64,000 nt of DNA from the human T2T-CHM13v2.0 reference genome, Homo sapiens. The translations under genes and the position numbers were made by a program. Below are positions 56,904-64,000 of the stretch, piece by piece (position 1 is the stretch's first letter; each line of letters starts with the position of its first letter). Location of the stretch: the NCBI RefSeq assembly GCF_009914755.1, contig NC_060926.1. The stretch is one strand, 5' to 3'. The notes under the pieces are model-generated. The model saw nothing but the letters and a program-made list of their open reading frames with translations. It had not been told where the DNA came from and made no database searches.

Positions 56904-58514
56904 TTGGGTGCAAATTTGAGCTTTCTCACTTATTAGTGTAAGACATACAGCTAATTTCTAAATCTTCCAAACCTCAGATTTTTCATCCATGAAGTGAGGA
57001 TTATTATAGAGCTCACTAATAACATGGCTTCAAAAATATATAATGCCAAAATTGAGATCAAAATAATAAATCTATATTACATGGGAGATCTTAATGTACC
57101 TCTTATATTATTGATAGACTAAGATGATCAAAAAAATAGAAAGAGAGCAGTAAGGAGAGCAAGCATTTAATCAATAGGACCAATACATTTTAATCAATAG
57201 GATCCTCAGGAATATATACAGAATACCAAACCTAACAACTGCAGAAAACATGCCAAACATTTAGGTACAGACATTGTTGGAAAATGCAATCTTGAAACGA
57301 GTGGACTGACATTCAGAAGATATTAATAAGAGCACTAATGATGGGGATTGCAACCATGTCTTTACTGACTTCCAGAAGCTTCTTACAGTAAACATGAAAT
57401 CACATAATTTCTTCCACTTTCCTACTGTTTCTTGTTCTGGGCTCTGTCCTGCTTACTGTCTAATATCTTGGCCCCTTAAAAGTTGCTAATCTTCCAAACC
57501 TCATTCCTGTGACTGGGCCGCTGGTCCTTGTTCATGGGCCTTGAAGATACTGACTGTACACTTATCTGGAGCATCCAGTGCCTACCACCTGACCCAGATT
57601 CCTCATTGCGCTCCTCCCTCCTCCACCTAATGGGATTTGCTCATACCCGTGTGGGACCCCTCCCATTTTCCCCAACTGAATACTTATCAAGACAACGCAT
57701 TGCCATACTCCCTCGTACCCTGCTCTGGGCATCAGACTGAATGTTTGTTTCCATTGAGGATCTGCAGCTGCATCAGTTTCCCCAGCACCGTCCAACCCCT
57801 TGAGCATGGCTAGTCCTAAAGCAGAGAATTAGCCTTTCTATCCCTGCTGCTATACATGCTGGGACAAATAATAAGAAATGACAGCATTTTATGATAATGC
57901 AGGCTGCAGGAGGCAGGAGGCAGGAATCAAATTCGTGCTTATCAAATAGTGCTCCAATTCTTTGAATATTGGACTATAGAATATGTCATGGATCTATGCT
58001 CAGGTGGGTTCCCTATTACTCACTCCACTGAGGCCAGGTTGTGGGATTAGCTGTCCAAGAGGGAGTTTCAGTCTCACAGCATAGGGTCATTCTGAGAATT
58101 ACTGGCCCACACTTGTGTGGAGACCTCCAGAGAACAGAATCTGGGTTGGTGCCATGTACTTCCAGGAGGAGAGAAGTGGCAGGATGCCCAGCCCCACAAT
58201 CAGAGGGGAAGGGGCAGAGCCACATGTATGAAGATCCTCTCCCCAGTACGTGCCAATCACAGGGCTTCCTAGCTTTTGGGCCAAGGAAACAATGTGGGAA
58301 GCAAAAAAGGACAATTTTCTCCTCCCTTTGCATGAAGACTGAGCAGTTTTACCAGATTCCCAGGGAAACACCCTTCCACTCTGGGTTGAATGTGAGTGAG
58401 AGACATTCAGCTGGAACACTAGAAAAACTATTTCCTGAGCCACTCACCTTTAGCCCTAGAAAGTGTTGGATTTGTCCTTCATCTTTGCCACAGTAGAGAC
58501 TGCTGATAGCATCA

Positions 58515-58760
58515 GAACTTGGGCTCTGGAATTAGACAGATATGGGTACAAATCTGAGCTCTCTCACTTATTAGTGTGGGATGTAGAGCAACTTTTAAAA
58601 TCCTTCCAAACCTCAGACTTCTCATGCATGATGTGAGGATTGTAATAGGGCCCACCTAATAGGGGTTTTTGAGAATTAAAAAAGTTATTCAATGAACAGC
58701 ATTTAGCAAGATGCCTGACCATTGAGAAAATAACAAATTGTTTATTATTATTGTTATTAT
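58515..58760 (+). mobile_element. MIR
   Basis: GGCTCTGGAATTAGACAGATATGGGTACAAATC...CCTCAGACTTCTCATG...TTATTATTATT follows the MIR layout. Confidence 0.75.
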
Positions 58761-60220
58761 TAAACATCTTTCCTGCACCTTCTGACTGGGGGCATCGTAT
58801 CATCAGAAATACTTAGGATGGGATGGATTCCTGCATGGGCTGAGTCAAGGGTGCAATAATGGAGGAGTGAAGAAGGAAGAAATGGAGGCAGAAATCCCCA
58901 GGAGCCCAGCATGGTACAAGGCTGAGCTAGTGCTGCAGAGCCTCCTTGGAACAGCCACAGAGCTTGCATCTGGCCCTGGAGGAACCTCTTCTAGCTGGCA
59001 GGACCAGCCACAACAGTGGCCAGGGGATTTCCCAGGGCGTGGGCTCCTAGGAGTTCATTTGGACCAAGCCTGCCTGGAGAGGGGTTATAACAGGGATCCT
59101 TCCCTACTGGCAGGTGATTTACCCCTCGGTGAGAAGCTCAGGCATTTGTTTGATGGAAGGTGGAAGGCCCTGTGCTGGGCCAGTGACTATCAGGGATGGG
59201 CGGGTGGCTGGAAAATAGCAAATAAGACAATATGATAACACAGTTAACCACCACACTATGTGAAGCTACAATATGGGTATCTGTAATAGACAATTCCAAT
59301 GTAGAGAATAATTCTAAGGTGTCATTCTCCCCCCCAATGCCATAAGCACACGGCCTCTGCCTGGGTTTCTCACTGTGGAATGTCCTCCTGGTCTCCTCAT
59401 GCCCAGAGAGTGGGAAGTACTCCTCCTTTAACACCGGCTTTCCTGTCATCTCCCTGCAGCCCTCCTCAGCCCCCTCTGCACAGGGAGGTTTCCTCCCTGC
59501 TGCTGCAGTGCTTTGTACTTGTTAGTGGTACCTGCACACAGGTATTGGTGTCCTTGTCTCACCACCCTACATCACTGTAAGCTCCCCAGGAGCAGGCTTC
59601 CTGTTTGACTCACCTGTGATCCTCCACCTCCCACCCTGTAGTGCCTCAAGCATTGAGGACAATCACTGGCTGCCCCTTAACCCAGAAATGCTGCCGAGAC
59701 AGGAGGCCATGGCCCAAGTTCCTGGAATGGGGTATTACTACGTCAGCACAAAGGCCTTTGCACAAATGAAGGCTTTAAAAATGCAGTCCTAGTCAGGTGG
59801 AGGAGGGCTTATAGGATTCCCAGGAATCTGGATCATTCTCTTGAGAGCTTTCCCTTGTCTCTGTTAAAACTCACATCCTACGGCCCAAATAACAACAAAA
59901 AATGGATGTAAATTCTTGAAATAACTTGTGGATGGGGGAACAAGGCCCACCCCCCAGATCTGCCAGAAGCTTCAGGTGAGGGTCCCAAATGCCAAAAAGT
60001 CTGGTATCAGAGAGGATGGCCAGTGACCTGGGGACACATGCCCTTTGCTGTGTCACTCAAGGAGCAGCAGCCTCGGCCCCGCACAGTGACCAGGACCCTG
60101 GCTTCCCACGCTGGGCAGGAGCTGGTGTCTGATGAAGGGAATGCCTGGCAGCACGTGCTGTCTGTCTCCTCGTGTCAGCTTACCTGGCTTTGCTGCGAAG
60201 AGGCCACTTGCATTTCTTTA

Positions 60221-60520
60221 TTTTTAATTTTTTAAATTTTTTAAATTTTTTAAATTTTTTATTTTATTTTTATTTTTATTTATTTATTTATTTTTAATTT
60301 TTTTTTAATTTTTTAAATTATGCTTTAAGTTTTAGGGTACATGTGCACATTGTGCAGGTTAGTTACATACGCATACATGCGCCATGCTGGTGCGCTGCAC
60401 CCACTAACTCGTCATCTAGCATTAGGTATATCTCCCAGTGCTATCCCTCCCCCCTCCCCCCACCCCACAACAGTCCCCAGAATGTGATGTTCCCCTTCCT
60501 GTGTCCATGTGATCTCATTG
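60221..60520 (-). mobile_element. Very short L1PA2-like 3' end with a long patterned tail
   Basis: Minus strand has GAGATCACATGGACACAGG and GCTAGATGACGAGTTAGTGG (GAG, not ACA/ACG); TSD ATTTCTTTA on both sides. Confidence 0.8.
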
Positions 60521-60965
60521 AATTTCTTTAAAGGTGGAATCTCTCAGTGGGGTCTAATCTGTTCAGAAATATCAAAAGAGTATCCTTGGGAATGACTGGA
60601 ATTCCAGAGTCATCTGGTAATCCTCATAAAACAACTCCTGGATGTCTCTCAGCACATCTGCCACCTTGAACGCAGGAGGCTGGTTCAAATGGAGGAGCAT
60701 CGCTCTACTGCACTTTTTTTTTTTTTTTGGCCTAAAGTGCAAAAGGGGATACGTTTCATGTAAATAAATCAACTGCAAATCGCTAGTTATGCTGAGCCCT
60801 GTCCCGTGCTGTGGACACAAAGGAACCAAAGGCTTTTCTCCCCGCCCAACACACACATAACACACACACAAAATCATAAAAACATACATACCCCCAACAC
60901 ATAACAACACACAACACACACACAAAATATATACACACAACACACACCAAACATGCCCACAAACC

Positions 60966-61430
60966 TGTGTCCAGAGATAGATCCTACTGGTGGGTTTGTG
61001 GTCTCGCTGACTTCAAGAATGAAGCCGTGGACCTTCTCAGTGAGTGTTACAGCTCTTAAAGATGGCATGGATCCAAAGAGTGAGCAGTAGCAACGTTTAC
61101 TGTGAAGAGCAAAAGGACAAAGCTTCCACAACCCAGAAGGGGACCCCAGCAGGGTTGCTGGTTGGGGTGGCCAGCTTTTACTTCCTTTTGGCCCCTCCCA
61201 TGTTCTGTTTCCATCCTATCAGAGTGCCCTTTTTTCAATCCTCCCTGTGATTGGCTACTTTTAGAATCCTGCTGATTGGTGCATTTTACAGAGTGCTGAT
61301 TGGTGCGTTTTACAATCCCCTTGTAAGACAGAAAAGTTCCTGATTGGTGTGTTTTACAATCCTCTTGTAAGACAGAAAAGTTCCCCAAGTCCCCACTGGA
61401 CCCAGGAAGTCCACCTGGCCTCACCTTTCA
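60966..61430 (-). mobile_element. LTR12-family (HERV9) solo LTR
   Basis: Minus strand reads TGAAAGGTGAGGCCAGGTGGACTTCCTGGG ... GGACACA, with four CCAATC boxes; TSD not clear. Confidence 0.8.
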
Positions 61431-63539
61431 ACTCCATAATGGCATGAAAATACATATGTTGTACAAAACATACATACACAAAGTATACATGCATCTCCCC
61501 AAATATACACATACCACAGAAACATACACACAGGAACTCAGCTACCTGTCAAAAGTCTGCATGGTGATTGCCTCTGCAGTGAGTAGTTAGAAAAGTGAAT
61601 TTGTTTTTCAATAAATTGGAGTCCTTAAAAATCGTGTAAGATAGAAAATTTTTAAAAGTATATAAAATAAAATATGTATGTCCTTTGGTCTAGCATTTAC
61701 ACATGTAGGAATTTATCCTAGTGGAGTAATCAATGATATATGCAAAGATTTGGACAAGCATATTAAGCACAGAATTATGTATGCATATGTGTGTGTATAT
61801 ATATATATATATCTCATACATATAATAATGTAAAAGTGAAAATAACTCAGATGTTCAAAATTGAGGATTAGTTAGACTATGATCTGTCCATATGTGACAT
61901 ACAAGTTAGCTGCCCCTTATTCTCTCGAGCTTCAACCTCCTACAAACAAACAGTGTCCCTTGTATATCAGTATTGGTACAGATAATCGAACTTATTGAGG
62001 TTTTACATGGGGCAATAAAGGCAAGAGTTTATGAATACTCCATACTACACTAGGTAGCACCCCCTATTAAAGACAAACTCTTCTCTCTCATTTCCCTTCC
62101 TTTCCGGAACCACTTGGTTGAATCTCTACAAGTCTCTATTGCAACTGCCTCAACATGGCACCCTCCCTGCATCTCCATCTTCCCTGTCCTGAGAGCAATG
62201 GCCTGCTGCCCCCACACTCACATCCTCATTCATTCCAGAAGTGAGCACCACAGAAGTGCCTACAGTTACCCCAACCACCTTCTTAGAAGATAAGTTAGTG
62301 TTTGTTTTGACTTTTTAAAATTTTTACTTCCTCTTTTCCTTCACAATCTCATCCCATCCCAAGAGGTTTATCAAGAAGTTCTCTAAAGATATGTGTCTCC
62401 TTATTGGGAATTTAACAGAAATCAGGGATTTGTATTCTAGCCATCAAGGGAATAACATTTTTCCAGGTCTTTAGACAAATAATGGAATACCTTGCAGTAA
62501 TTAGATACACTATTGTAGAAAAGTATTGATGAAATGGAACGATGTTTGAGATATCATATTGAGTAGAAAAGGCAAGATACATTAAGTAGGAAATGTATCT
62601 TACAAAATAATTTGTCAGACACACTCCTATATTTGTATGTTATATAAATGCGTATGTGAAGAAAGGCTAGAGGATGAGACCACAGTCTTCAGTGAAGTTT
62701 AAGAGATGAGGCTGCAGCATGCTCAGAAAGGCCTGGGTTATAGTTCTTCCAGTAATTAAGGATGTGATCTTGGGTAAATTGCACATCCTCTCTAAACTGC
62801 GCCACCTTTTGTCTGTAAAACAGGAAGGATGGTATTTACCCCCAGGGTCATCAAAGGATTTGGTTGGAGAAAAATAAATAAATGGGCTGAGCCCAGACCT
62901 GGCACAGTGAGAGCACAGTGGTTGACTATTGTGCTGGCCTGTTGTTCCTGTGTTATTGACATGCTGCTGGTGGTGGTCCAGAAGCTATTACCTTAATTGG
63001 TTATGTGGATTTCCCCTCATACTGAGCAGCTGTGTGTGGTGTTGTAAAACATAGCCATACACAGTAACTGACAAGGGCAAAAGTAATGGAAAAATGCAAG
63101 GAAGTGCAGATAAATAGCTAATGGGCTGTAGAAGGAAGCTAGTCCTTGGAGGGCTTGATCAAGGAAGGTCCTTTTGCATGTCACCTTTGAAGAAGAGGGG
63201 ACATAGAAGAGGTATAGTGCATCCCGGAGTGTACCTGGAAGGGAACATGAAAAGAGGACATTTTTCTCTGGGACATGGGGACTCCACTTGCATGAACTAT
63301 GGAATTGGGGCAAAGAACCATCATGAGAACAAGGGCTTCCTTGAACCTCCCAGGCTCATTGGCTGATCTAAACCCTGTGTCCCCTCTTTCCTTCACTCTC
63401 CTCTGTTTTCTATACCTGTATTATTGGACTGGACTGGAAGCCACCTGATCTATCACAAGTGCCTTGAAATGTGTTGAATAGGTGTGGCACAGTCCTTAGC
63501 AGAGTGGCACTACCCCCACAGGAATTTGTTTATACCTTT

Positions 63540-63692
63540 GGCATGGAAAATAGCAGGAAATGAGTGATCACTGATAACTGAGGATGCTATTTATTATTGG
63601 CCAAAGGAATACTGTGTTGTATTTGCATAACCACTCACAAACTGTTGATTACAAATGAGTACCAGACCTAGCTCCTTCAAGTAAAGGATCCT
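63540..63692 (+). promoter_or_regulatory. Candidate proximal promoter of the exon at 63693
   Basis: ETS-like CAGGAAAT next to AP-1-like TGAGTGA (~63554-63567); octamer ATTTGCAT (63621-63628) overlapping TTGCATAA; AACCAC (RUNX-like). Confidence 0.4.
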
Positions 63693-63762
63693 GAGAACTG
63701 AAGGCAAACAGAGCTCCAGGAGTCCAAGACAGAGCCACACACCACGAGGATCCCTGGCCCAG
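63693..63762 (+). other. IL37: Probable non-coding first exon of IL37 (start approximate)
   Basis: ...GAGCTCCAGGAGTCCAAGACAGAGCCACACACCACGAGGATCCCTGGCCCAG|GTAGGT has a good donor site; sequence recalled as the IL37 mRNA 5' end and consistent with an XIAP pseudogene ~58 kb upstream. Not verified by search. Confidence 0.6.
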
Positions 63763-64000
63763 GTAGGTGGTCCTCCTGCGCTGGCTTTCAAGGCCAACAG
63801 GATGGATGGGGAAGTAGAGTAGCATCTGGCCATCTAGACCCTTGCTTTTTATCCCCACTGGAAGCACATCTGAATTTCTAAATATGATCTCTGAGACCTG
63901 CCCAGAACACCTTGCTCTCAGCCCCAGTAGCAGCCTGCTCTCTCCCAGGAGGGCTTCCACTAACAAGTAGGGCATTGCTGGAGGGCCAGGCAGACACTAG

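Overview
Repeat-rich primate (human-like) intergenic DNA with no intact protein-coding gene. The first 16 kb is a non-coding MER4-type (ERV1) provirus: two LTRs, an Arg-type PBS and a PPT. It has collected nested insertions: a solo LTR2, an AluSc, an antisense LTR6-like solo LTR, an L1PA fragment containing an AluY, and a 3.6-kb XIAP processed pseudogene. The retrocopy appears to derive from a splice form in which the GC-rich XIAP exon 1 is joined to an internal point just before BIR3, so BIR1-BIR2 are missing. A (CATC)n microsatellite has grown at the site of its start codon. The rest of the window is Alus (including an AluYb8), L1, L2 and MIR fossils, solo LTRs and DNA-transposon remnants, with several NF-kB-type sites in unique sequence. 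There is also an apparent local templated copy of a MIR. The last ~300 bp hold a short exon that I recall as the 5' non-coding exon of IL37, which suggests the IL1B-IL37 interval of chr2q14 (the XIAPP3 region); this locus call is from memory, not from a search. Repeat subfamily names are from visual recognition and should be confirmed with RepeatMasker or Dfam.
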